From Rhizophagus irregularis (taxonomy: Eukaryota): 64,000 nt of DNA. Within the stretch, counting starts at the first letter, position 1. The number at the start of each line of letters is the position of its first letter. Shown one piece after another: positions 12,520-24,171 of the stretch. Location: positions 5,642,001-5,706,000 of the forward strand of contig NC_089433.1 in NCBI RefSeq assembly GCF_026210795.1, written 5' to 3'. A program made the position numbers and the translations under genes. The notes below the pieces were generated by a model that saw nothing but the letters and a program-made list of their open reading frames with translations, searched no databases and had not been told where the DNA came from.

Positions 12520-14411
12520 ATGACTGCCCAAGTTCCAGCAATCTTTAACCCTAACAACCGTTTTTTCTACGATGACCTTCTTAAAAAGTGTATAGGTACA
12601 CACACAAAAGAAAGCGTCAATTCAGCAATCTCAGCTTCTGTGGCTTTCATCACCACGAAGTCTGGCATGTGGATCAGAAAAAAAAAGGCTTATAATGAAA
12701 GCATATACTTTGAGATTGCTACAGATCTCAAGGGAATTTCTACTAAGCACAAGGTAAGTATTCGGTCAGATGCAAGAGAAGACAATGATATGATTACATC
12801 CACCAAGTTAAAGGACCTTCTTATCCAAGCCTCAGTCACAAAGATCTGTTATACAGATGTAAACTTCATGCCTTATCCCCCAAATGCACCAAAGTATAAT
12901 CCTGAATTCTTCAATCTCTTTCTAGGTTTCAGGGCTTAACCTGCTGAGCACATCAAACCAAACCTAATTAATCCAATTATTCGACATGTTCATGAGGTAT
13001 GGTGTGCAGAGGACAAGCAGTTAACCATATACATCCTTAACTGGCTCGCATTTCTGGTTCAAAATCCAGACAAAAAACCTGGTACAGCAATTATTATGCG
13101 CAGTCCTCCCAGATGTGGTAAGAATATCTTAACTGATTTTATCAGAGAACATATTATTGGTCGTGAAAACTTCCTCTCCACTACCCGTCTTGAAGATGTA
13201 ATGGGAAGGTTCAATGCAGCTGTTCGTGCCAAAAAACTCATCATCCTCAATGAATGTGATATGACAGGTAAGGAATGGCATGGAGCAAATAACTGACTTA
13301 AGAGTTTAATCACTGGGCCTTACATCTCTATTGAGGAAAAAGGAATAGATGCAAGATTATTGATGACTTTGCTGGCTACGATCCTAAGTAATCATGCTAT
13401 GCCAATCCGCATGAAATGAAATGATGAAAGATTTGTAGCCCTCAATGTATCAGCCAAATATAAAAACAATCAAGAATACTTCAGTTCTCTAGTAAAAGTA
13501 TTAGAAATCCAGATACAGCCAGTTCCTTTATGTCCTATTTACTTAGCCGAGACTTAACTATCTTCAATCCCCGATCTATTTCTGATACTCAAATGAAACA
13601 GGAGCTAATCAAAGCAAGTATTCCAAATCCCCAGCGTTTCATACAATATTACCTTGAAATGATGTGCCCCAACAATTGTGATACACTTGAAATCCCTTGT
13701 ACAAATTTCCATAGCACTTACCAGAATTGGTGCAGTGAGAAGGGTGAAAACAAAACACTTAGTGATAATAAGTTTGGTATGGAGATTAAGCAATTCATTC
13801 CTAAAACTCGACCAAGACGTTCAGGTGCTTGAATAAACTATTACATACTAGATAAAGCAAAAATCGAAAAGAATTTTAGTAGAGTAATCCAGGAGACACA
13901 AGACATACAGAATGTACAGGTAGATCAAGAGGAAGTGGAGCTAGTTGTTGAGAAACTTGTTGAAGAAAAACCTACTAAAGAACAACCAGTTTCCAAAAAG
14001 ACTCCACCACCAGTACCATCCAAGCCCGATTGCTTGAAGGTAAAACCAGCACCTGTCATCAATAAGGACCCTATTCCTGAAGAACCTCCAGCTCCCATAG
14101 AGTCAGACACTGATGAAATTATAGACAGTTTCTCAGACTGTTATCTATCTGATGAGGAACCTGATCAAGAAGATGAGCCGCCTGCTGAGGAACCTGCATT
14201 TGAAGCTGATGATGACTACGACGTTTTAGATGACTTGCTATCTGACTCAGATCCTATAACCACAACCCCAGCTCCTGAGCAACAACCCGAGTCTTTCGCA
14301 GAATCTTCTGCATCTGTTGATAAATCTAATTTAGAACCGGCTTCCGAAGAGCAACCTATCTCAGAACCTGACACAGAACCAGAAGTTGACTGGGATTCTG
14401 AACCAAAGGAA
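12520..14411 (+). pseudogene. Intronless D5-like superfamily 3 helicase (DUF5906-type) with winged-helix region and acidic/Pro-rich tail
   Basis: FNLFLGF; YILNWLAFLVQNPDKKPGTAII; Walker A SPPRCGKN; GRFN; Walker B LIILNE; LKSLIT..ISIEEKG; motif C ILSN; ERF; YQNWCSEKGE..LSDNKFG. TATAAA about 30 nt upstream. Several stops and frameshifts. Confidence 0.82.
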
Positions 14412-14489
14412 GGTAAAGCTGCGGTATAACGAAAAAAAAAATTAAGCTTTTTTTTAGCAAAAGCTTAATTTTTTTTTTCTCACGGCCTT

Positions 14490-14785
14490 TACCTCTTCTT
14501 TCTTTCGCCCTTCCCCTTCTCTCTTTCTCTCACCTTCACCTTCCCTCTTTCTTTCACCTTCCCCTTCCCTCTTTCTTTCACCTTCCCCTTTCTTCTTTCT
14601 CTCACCTTCCCCTTCCCTCTTTTTTTTTACCCTTCCCCTTCCCTCTTTTTTCTTTCGCCTTCTCCTTCCCTCTTTCTTTTACCTTCACCTTCCCTCTTTC
14701 TCCTCCTTCTTCCCCTTCCTCTTCCTCCACCCTTCCCCCTTCCCTTTTTTCTCCCACTCCTTTCCCATTCCCTTTCCCCTTCCCG
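14490..14785. repeat. Polypyrimidine/polypurine low-complexity tract (CCTTCC-type hexamers)
   Basis: About 300 bp almost only C/T on the + strand. Confidence 0.9.
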
Positions 14786-14809
14786 AAACCGTCTTTCAGA
14801 AAAACAATG

Positions 14810-16935
14810 GTAAGTTTCGAAGTGAAACGCTTCAAAACTTTTTTAAATTTTAAATTTTTTTTTTAATTCTTTGTTGTAAGGAAACGTTTTTAACGTTTCC
14901 TTTCTTTCTTTTTTGTAGGATTTTCGATGTTTTGACTTTGGGAAACGAACTGAAATTATGGTAAGTTTCAAAGCGTTTCGCTTCGAAACTTTAAATTTTT
15001 TTTATAGAATTTTCAATGGTTTGGCTTTGGGAAACGAGAAACCGAAGGGTAAGTTTCAAAGCGTTTTGCTTCGAAACTTTTTAATTTTTTTTTTTAATTT
15101 TTGTAAGGAAACGTTTCTAAGTTTCCTTTTTCTTTATGTAGGAACGCTGGATGTTTGGATGATGGAATCGAAACGAACCGGTAAGTTTTACAACGTTGCG
15201 TTGTAAAACTTAATTTTATTAAATTTTTTTAAGAAACGTTAGCTAACGTTTCTTCTTTTTTTGTAGATACACTCTGGATTCCTTCTGATCTTGGATTTCG
15301 GTTAGGTTTCAAAGTTTCGTTTTGAAACTTCGATTCTTTTTTTTATTTTTTAAAAGGAACGTTACTAAATACTAACGTTCTTTATTCTTTTTGTAGGTTT
15401 CGGTATTCCAAGGATCTAAAACGGCAAAATGGTAAGTTTCGTAACGAATATTTCGTTACGAAACTTTATTTTTATTTTTTTTGATTTTTAAAGGAACTTT
15501 CTAACGTTCTTTTTTTTTGTAGGTTCTGTGCTCCAATATTCTAAATCGATAAAATATGGTAAGTTTCGCAGCGTCTCGCTGCGAAACTTGATTTTATTTT
15601 GTTTTTTACTAAGAAACGTTCTAACGTTTCTTTTTTCTTTTATAGGAACGCCGGACGAAATGTCTTTGGGTAATTAAAGAAAGAGGGAGAGATAATTCGA
15701 TTTTTTTTTGCATTTTAGAAACGTTCTTAACGTTTCTTTTTTTTATTTTTTATTTTTTTTGTAGGAATTGCCGGATGAATTTTTACGAACCGGACTTGAA
15801 GGTATTTGGGAGAAAAAGTTTGAAGAGTTCTTTCTTTTTTGATTTTTTAGAAACGTTTTATCATTTCTTTTTCTTTTTTTTTGTAGGTCCGTGCTCCAAT
15901 ATTCCAAATCGGTAAAATATGGTAGTTTTGAAGCGTTTCGCTTCGAAACTTTAAAAAAAATTTTTTTTTTAATTATTTTTTGTAAGGAAACGTTTCTAAT
16001 GTTTCTTTCTTCTTTTTGTAGGAACTCCGGACGAAATTATGAACCGGACTTTGTTTATGTGAAAGGTAATAGGGTAGAGGAAAGTTTAGTGCTTTTTTTA
16101 GTAACATTTTAAACGTTACTTTTTTTTTCTTTTATTGTAGGAACACCAGAACGAATTCACAAACCGGGCTTTGGGTGGAAGGTAATATGGTAAAGGGAAT
16201 TAGAGAAATTTTGTTATTTTGTTTATATTTATTAAAATTTTTTTCTTTTTTCTTTGTTTCTTTAAGGGAAAGAAGAAAACGAAAGAGAAAGTTGAGAACG
16301 AAAATGAAAGGTGAAGGAGAAGATGAAAGGGAAGGGTGAAACGAAAGGGAAAAGGAAAACATTTCGAAGGTATACTTCGAAATATTTTTTTTTATTTTTC
16401 AACGAAACGTATATTAATGTTTCATTTTTTTTATATTTTTTTAGGTTTAGCGGCTCATTGGACAAACCGGAATTCAATATTTTGAAGGTATACTTTGAAA
16501 TATTTTTTTTTATTTTGATTTTTTTTAACAAAACATATATTAACGTTTCATTTTTTTTTTATTTTTTAGATTCAGCAGTCTTTGTACATATGGAATTCAA
16601 CATTTCGAAAGGTATATATTTCGAAATGTTTCTTTAATTTGATTTTTTTAACGAAACGTATATTAATGTTTCATTTTTTTATTTTTTAGGTTCAACGGTC
16701 CTTGAACGTATGGAATTTAACATTTCGAAGGTACTATATACTTCGAAATGTTTCTTTATTTTGATTTTTTCAATGAAACGTATATTAATGTTTTGTTTTT
16801 TTATTTTTTAGGTTCAACGGTCCTTGAACGTATAGAATTTAACATTTTGAAGATATATACTTTGAAATGTTTCTTTATTTTGATTTTTTTAACGAAACGT
16901 TTATTAACGCTTCATTTTTTTCTTTTTTTTTTAGG
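14810..16935 (+). repeat. Array 2 of micro-exon/structured-intron units (about 17 units)
   Basis: Donors G|GTAAGTTT at 14810, 14961, 15049, 15181, 15432, 15559 and others; GAAACGTT-(TC)TAACGTTTC branch hairpin; poly-T; TGTAG/TTAG acceptors. Confidence 0.8.
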
Positions 16936-17309
16936 TTTACACCAGCTTTTACTTTGGCACTGGACATTTGATACATGAATGAATTAGAGGTGCAGATTAT
17001 CCATAGATTATCGTTAAATAATAATAATTGTACATTTATTAATAAATAAAATTATAATAAATTATGTGAAATTATTAAAACAGTGTTTTAAATTGTCATG
17101 GCGTTTACACTAAATTGTTTAAAATTATTACTAAATTTCACTCAATTGTCCAAAATTTCACTAAATTGTCTCTGAAAATGTTGCATTTATATCGTTTACA
17201 CTCAATTGTCCAAAATCAGTAAAACATTTTCACTCAATTGTCCGAAATTATCCTAAATTTCACTAAATTATCAAAAGTTTAGCTAACATTTACCGAAAAA
17301 ATGCAAAAT

Positions 17310-17885
17310 TTACCACAATTTGTATTACGTTTGCACAACATTGCTGAAAAATTCACCTAAATTTTCAACAATTTATATAACATTACTAAAAATACATTAC
17401 AATTTACCACAATTTGCATTACTTTTGCATGAAATTACTAAAAATTCACTATAATTTACCACAATTTGCATTACATTTGCATAACATTACTAAAAATTTA
17501 ACTAAATTCACCACAATTTGCACTTCGTTTACATAACATTACTAAAAATTTGACTAAATTCACCACAATTTGCACTTCGTTTACATTACATTACTAAAAA
17601 TTTGACTAAATTTACCACAATTTGCATTACGTTTACATAAAATTACTAAAAATTTAACTAAATTCACCACAATTTGCATTACGTTTACATAAAATTACTA
17701 AAATTTTAACAAAATTCACCACAATTTGCACATTCGTTTGCATAGCATTACTAAAAATTTGCCTAAAATTCACCACAATTTACATTACGTTTGCATAAAA
17801 TTACTAAAAATTTAACTAAATTCACCACAATTTGCACTTCGTTTGCATATCATTACTAAAGATTTGCCTAAAATTTCCCACAATT
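17310..17885. repeat. About 52-bp subterminal minisatellite (about 11 copies)
   Basis: CACCACAATTTGCATTACGTTTACATAACATTACTAAAAATTTAACTAAATT repeated head to tail. Confidence 0.9.
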
Positions 17886-18084
17886 TAATGATAATTTACT
17901 GAAAAATTTCTCAACATTTGAATTAGGAATTCTGTAGGAATTCCGCGATTTTGACAAAATTTGCCAAATTGTAAGTCCTCCATTATCCCAAAATTGTAAC
18001 ACAATTTACCCCAATTTACCGGGATAATTCTTAATTTGCCAGAAAAATTCCAGGCAAATTTTGCGACAATGACATCTGTTCGAC

Positions 18085-20647
18085 CTGTGTGGAATTCGAG
18101 TAACAGGATTTTGAATTCCCACAATATTAACATTAACGTTGTTATTATTATGAAAAATTCTCTGCCTTCTTTGCTGAATTGATTGAAGAAAATTAAGAAC
18201 TTCATTATAAGTTTCTTCATCACCATCCTCGATTACATCTGATATTATTTTCCTTCCTAAGCCAAAAAGTTCACCAAATTTACGTTTTTTTAAGATAACT
18301 TTTGAAACTTCGATATCTCCTATTTGAGATAATTCCATTTGGATAGCATCTATAGAATCAGAGCTCAGAAATTATAATGGAAGTATATGGTTCTCTCTTG
18401 GTGGTAAATTTGAAATGACGACAAATTCATAACTTGATATATTTTTTCCTTGTAATAACTCTTTGTACCAACAGTTATTAATAAGACTGATATGAAATTT
18501 TGCAATAGGTGTTAAAGTCATCACACGATAAAAATGACAGCAGGGGTATCCAAGTGTCTTAAAAGCCATACACGTACAAAGAAATGTACCATTATCTAAA
18601 AGGCATATGAAATGAGATGTATTTAGGTTAACCAAATGGTTAACCTCCCAAATTTCAAGAACTTGGAAAATATCTACAAGAAATGAACTCAATTGTGCTT
18701 GTGAACAGTCAAACAAATTATCAATGCAAATTATGCAATGCTCTAACTCAACAAACTCCTATGAAAAGAAATTTGGTAACTGAAGATTTTTTTTGATGTT
18801 AACCTTTAGTGATATTTATAACTTTGAATATTATTTACCTTTTCTCTAGGAAGTGCATTTTTCAATACAATTTGTACAGCATGATAACAAAGACTTAAGT
18901 CCATTTGTTCTTCCTGTTTTTTTATAATATTTGGGAAGACGAATTCGGTTAGTTGTTTTACAACAGGTCTGAAAATGGATTTAAACACATTTTTTGAACC
19001 GATTTGTGGTACAGACTTCTTCCAACTAACGAAATCACAATAATTATTCTCCTCTTGATACCTCTCTTCTAATGCATCAAACAATTCACATAACGAAAGA
19101 CTTGAATTTTTAAAAAGCCGTTTTAATGTTGAATTTTCACCTTCACTACGAGAAGTAGATTGCACACCAGCAGTAAAATATTTATTAGTGAATGCACGAG
19201 CTTATGATTGTGGATTCTGTCCTAAAGATCTGTTTAAGTAATCTTTAGATTCTGGATAATTTTGTGATAATGTATCCCACCTTTATCGAATAAATGTATA
19301 ATTACAATATATAATAAAAAGACAAAACAAAGTGATCAATACCTTTCATAAATCAATACCTTTCATAAAACTGTCCTTCCGTTAGACTATTCCTTGCTTT
19401 ATAAAAATCTTTTATGAAATCATTATAAGTTGAACCTAACTTTGCTTTGGCAAATTTTGGCTAATATGCCAAATACAATGCATATGAAAAGTATCGGGAT
19501 ATTGTATTATCACAGCGGTATTTACAGCCGGATCGCCATCTGTTACAAAAACTGTTGGTGCAACACCTGTTGCTTCTTTTACACATTGAAAAACCCATTC
19601 ATACAAAAATTGTGATCCATCATCCACAATCGCTTGCGCTACAATTCGTGTTTTTAGATTATTATCTGGAGTAACAAAAAGAGACAATGGACGGTTATAA
19701 CAATTGGTTTACACGTATTATTATGCATTATTACGTCATGATAATGCAGCCATAAGATCTGCTGCTCAGGAGTTATCCAAAAAAGATGAGTTAATGAACC
19801 TATAGCCAAATCAAGTTTCATTGTAATTGCCCATCGTGGGTCTTCATCCTTTTTATCATAAAGTCTTTTTAGCAATGTTCCTGTGTCTTCTTCACCTGGC
19901 ATTGCTTCACGACGAAACTTATCAATAGCATTATAAAGGTCCGTTTGAAATATTCTTGTTTTAAACTTTTTCCTGATTATTCTATATTGTACAGTTGCAT
20001 TAACCTTAGCTACTACTGTTAAAAAACGTATTTCTTGAAGAATTTCCTCTGATAATTTTTGTAATGTTGGAACAAACTGACTTGCTAATGGACTAAGCTT
20101 ATGTCCAACATGCTGATCTTTAAAAGTCGTTACTTCAAGATAATTTTTATCTTTTTTAGCCCATATATTGAGCTTCCATGAACAACTTACCTTACAAAAA
20201 GTTGATGCTTTTGACTCGTCAGCATGCTGGCAAAGATAAGTTCTTTTTAATATTTGACAGGTTTTTTTGTCCACTCTTCCACCGCCACCAATTCTAACTC
20301 CATGTCCTTTAACAGAAGCGTATCTTTGCATGAATTTTTCAACATATTCCCAACTTTGAAAAGTTTTACTGACATATATAGTAATTTCTGAAGAATTGGT
20401 TCCTGAACCTAAAGTTTCTGAAGTTTCTGATTCAGAAACTTCACAACTTTTATTAGATTTATTACTAGTGCCTTTACTAATAGCATATAATAATAGCAGT
20501 ATTATAGTATTATTAGGTTTACTGATAGTAAAGATAAGTTATTTTTGACTAATTAAAGTCTATAAGCATATACCTATCACTGTCAAAAAATTCTTCTGCA
20601 CTATTGTATTCCATTAACGCTTTCAATTCAAAATTTTGTTCTTCCAT
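18085..20647 (-). pseudogene. MULE (Mutator/FAR1-like) transposase with SWIM zinc finger, decayed and 3'-truncated
   Basis: FAR1-like N-terminal region (FQSWEYVEKF...RTYLC...CSWKLN...HVGH); DVIMHNNT, FVTDGDPAV, HMHCIWHISQN, QSTSRSEGENSTLK; SWIM CTCMAFKTLGYPCCH. Contains introns, stops and frameshifts. Confidence 0.9.
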
Positions 20648-20713
20648 ATTATAGCTTTTTTTTCTCGTTAGAGTTTTTTCTCTGAGTTTTTTTTTCAAGG
20701 TGAAACACATATA

Positions 20714-21624
20714 CAGTTCTCAAAAAAAGTAATCGGAATTGCAAAAAATGCAAAAAAATAAAAACCAGTGATTAAAATAACTTCAAATTTCGAATATTTG
20801 TTGCTAAATGTGTAAAGGTTATAAATATAAAATTTCAGCCTTTTATCTTATTTCTTTGTCTCACAATCGATTTTTTAATTTGAAAAAAATATCGCTAAAA
20901 ATTTAAGCAGGATGTAAATTTTATAAAGATTTGATATTGTTCTCAGACACTTAATAATCAGCATGTATATTTGTAATAAAATATTATAAACATAAAAGAA
21001 TATCTTTTATTAATTTATTAAAATATTTTTTTTGCCATTTAATTAATCAGTTTTTCAGCAAATTTGGATTAAAGTTGACTCAAAAATCATTAATAAAACT
21101 CAATTTTAAAAGCATTAAGCTTATTTGGATTGATATTTTTTCAAATAAATTAAATGTTATTTATCTAATATTAATTAGATTTTATTATAATCCTTTATAA
21201 TTATATATTTTAAATCCAATTTTGCCTTTCAACTAATATTAAGGGTTAGGGACGGTTGCCGATCAATACGGAAAATAAACTTTGATTTCAAATTTTTCAA
21301 CAGCCAACAAATGATAAAGTGTGAAATTTTTTTATTAGAATCAACATTATGTAAGCTTTATTTTATAATCATCCAATCCTTAATAAACTACTATTTGAAT
21401 GCTATACCAGAATTTTTAGGATTTTATAGTTTAAATTTTTAATGACTTTTTTTTTCTCAATTAAAAATTGATTGAGAGACGAGGAAATGAGATAAAGGGC
21501 TGAAATTTTATATGCATAATATTTACACATTTAACAATAAATTTGGAAATTTTAAAGCGATTTTAATCATTGGATTTTTATTTTTTGCACTTTTTGTAAT
21601 TCCGATTACTTTTTTCGAGAACTG
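20714..21624. mobile_element. Tc1/mariner-type MITE with about 170-bp TIRs
   Basis: TA|CAGTTCTCAAAAAAAGTAATCGGAATT ... AATTCCGATTACTTTTTTCGAGAACTG|TA. Confidence 0.88.
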
Positions 21625-22139
21625 TATGTGATACATAATATACAGATAAACTAATACGCGTAATAGCGTAATATACGTGTACACATAAACATGTGACCAA
21701 TGTGACCAAATAAACTAATTCTGATTGGTCGATCTTAAAGGGTCGCCATGGCAACAGGGTCGCCAAATACATTTTGCCTATTATTATTATTTGAAATGAT
21801 TGAGTACATTATTGTTATTATATTCGATTAGCATTTTGAAATACTCTAGCTAGAATACTTACTAATAACAAAAAAAGGTCTAAACTAATAAATAAAAAGC
21901 AAATTATAAGAACAATTTTAAATATATAAAACCTGTAATTTTAAACATGTCTGCTTATCAAATATGTATAAATAAGAGTAAATAGTTTTTGATTTATATG
22001 TAATTTTTTGTAATTTGTTTATTAAAAATTTTTCAAGTACAAATGAACTTTACTTTATATATTATGGTAAAAAAAAGATTCTTTTGTATTTTAATTTTCA
22101 TAACTAAAGTGGGTAGTGAAATAGTAATAAATACTGCAA

Positions 22140-22233
22140 GTGTTGGTAAAATGAATAAGAGTGTCAGTAAAATAAGTGTTGGTAAAATGTACCTGTCGGT
22201 AAAATGTGTGTCGGTAATGTGAACCAGACCCCC
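22140..22233. mobile_element. Isolated TIR-like end fragment (rc GGGGGTCTGGTTCACATTACCGAC)
   Basis: Five TGT(C/T)(G/A)GTAA repeats ending in GAACCAGACCCCC, abutting and truncating the left TIR at 22234. Confidence 0.45.
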
Positions 22234-22279
22234 TGCGCATATGCGCACCCCACGTGACTTATTAAAATTAATTAAATTC

Positions 22280-23227
22280 GATTGGCTATGTGTCGATCTT
22301 TTTAATTTTATTTTTTTATTTTTTTTTTCTTTAGAAACGTTTTAACGAAATGGACGAAAATAAGTGTTTCTTCATTATTTTTCATTTGCTTTGTTTAAAA
22401 ACGTTTCTTATTAATTTTTTTTTTGTAAAAAAACCTTTTGGAAGCGAAATGGGTGAAAGGCAACTAGGTAAGTCAATTTTTGTTTGCTTTGTTTAAGAAC
22501 GTTTTCTAATGTCTATTAAAATTTTTTGTAGGAACATCTCCTGGAGGCGGAATGGACCCCTGGAGATGAAAGGTAAGGGAGGAAGTCTTTTTTTCCTTTT
22601 TTTTGCTTGTTTTAGTTTAAGAACGTTTTTAACGTTCTTTTGTTAATTTTTTTCTTAGAAAAACCCTTGAAGGTGTCCCCTGAAGGTGAAATGGATTCCT
22701 GAACATAAAAGGTAAGGGAAGGAAGTCTTTTTTATTTTCCATTTGTTTTGTTTAGGAACGTTTTTTAACATTCGTTTATTAATCTTTTTTTGTAGGAACA
22801 CCCCCTGGAGGTAAAATGGACTTCTGAAGACGAAAGGTAAGGGAAGAGAATCTTGTTTTTCACTCTTTTCATTAGTTTCATTTTAGGAACGTTTTTTAAC
22901 ATTCTTCTAATAATTTATTTTTGTAGGAACACTCCTAGGACTAAATAGAAGAAGGGTGAGTGCTTCTTCCATTTTTTTCATTTTTTTTTGTTTAGAAACG
23001 TTCTTCCATTAATTTTTTTTAGGGGTACCTCTTTGAGACGAAACAGACTCCTAGAGAAATGCAATGTAACAAAAAAAAAGATCAAAAACTAGCTTAAAAC
23101 ATTCCAAGGAAAGTCATTTTCAAATTGTTAAATAAAGAAACTTAATTTTTATTTTATTATATTTTTATTATGAAATAAAGTTATACGCGTTATAAAACAA
23201 ATAAATGATTGCTCTGATTAGCCAATC
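22280..23227 (+). repeat. Insert bounded by GATTGGCTA...TAGCCAATC carrying array 3 of micro-exon/intron units (about 6 units)
   Basis: TGTAG|GAACAC..CCTGGAGG..AAATGGAC..CTG.AGA.GAAAG|GTAAGGGA units with a GAACGTT-TTT-AACGTTC branch hairpin; splits the left TIR of the outer element. Confidence 0.7.
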
Positions 23228-23379
23228 AAACTTTACTGAAACCCCCGATTTAGCAGCTTTGGTGCCACTTGCATGTGACTATCACATGACTCTATGGTCA
23301 CATGCAAGTGGCAATTTTTTAAATAGTTTCTACCTTATTTCTTCACGTCAACTATATAGAGGCGATAAGAAGTGCAATA

Positions 23380-23855
23380 TAGTCAGACCCCCATATAGTC
23401 ACCTAATTGATTCCCATAAAATCAGTGATTGTATAGGGGTGTGCTTATATACAGGTACTATATCTTAATTTTGGCCGAAATTAGTAAATTATAATTTATA
23501 AAATTATGTAATCACTACGGATATTTCCTTTTTTGGTGATAGCCATTCCACAAAAATTTTTTTGCCAATTTTGTGTTGGAATGTCATGTAATATTAATTC
23601 CTAAAAAGGAAAGAAAAAATTATATGTTTCGTAATTCTGGGCGAAATTGTTTTTGGCCGAAATTATGATGTGATTAATAAAGATCTAATCACTAATAGAA
23701 ATGATATATCTGTTTGGGATTATGCGGTGATAGTAATTATAGTTGAATTGTAATTATAGAAGGGTAATTTGATAGTATTTAAAACCGTTTCTCAAAATCG
23801 AGTTCTTATAAAGAGGTGTAACTGTTTAGGGTGTGATTGTATGGGGGTCTGACTG
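23380..23855. mobile_element. Tc1/mariner-type MITE
   Basis: TA|TAGTCAGACCCCCATATAGTCAC ... GTGATTGTATGGGGGTCTGACTG|TA (left terminal C apparently mutated to T). Confidence 0.8.
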
Positions 23856-24171
23856 TATATTAAATTTTTTTTTAAACAAAATATTTAATTAGACTTGTTT
23901 TCAAAAATTTTGTTTAGTTTATATCTTACTACTTCACGTTGACTGTATAGATGCGATAAAGGATCCATTTTTTAAAGTAAATTATGCATTTTTTTTCTTA
24001 TTAATTAATAGATAGTGAAATTGATAATCTTGATTACCTAATACGATGTTATGATATTTGAAAATTGCTTTAAGATATTTTTTTTAAAAAAAAAATCGGA
24101 AGAAATGACAATTATAATTAAAAAAAATGTATAAAATGTAATTTTTGAAGAATATAATATAATGTAATATT

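Larger units (their letters stand above)
14411..18084. mobile_element. Non-autonomous TIR-type element fragment (GG terminus, MULE-like) carrying array 2; left end not found
   Basis: Abrupt GC-richer end GGCAAATTTTGCGACAATGACATCTGTTCGACC (18084) truncates the MULE transposase frame, preceded by subterminal repeats; no matching left TIR seen. Confidence 0.5.
18085..21778 (-). mobile_element. 5' part of the MULE element with putative terminus GGCAAAATGTATTTGGCGACCC
   Basis: GG-starting GC-rich end with duplicated GGGTCGCCA and a CCAAT motif upstream of the transposase; the other TIR is absent. Confidence 0.55.

Noticed and set aside
14602..14835. Lys/Glu/Gly-rich ORF
   Set aside because: Translation of the polypurine tract.
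17310..17885. CRISPR-like regular repeat
   Set aside because: The whole 52-bp unit is repeated with no unique spacers; eukaryotic context and no cas genes.
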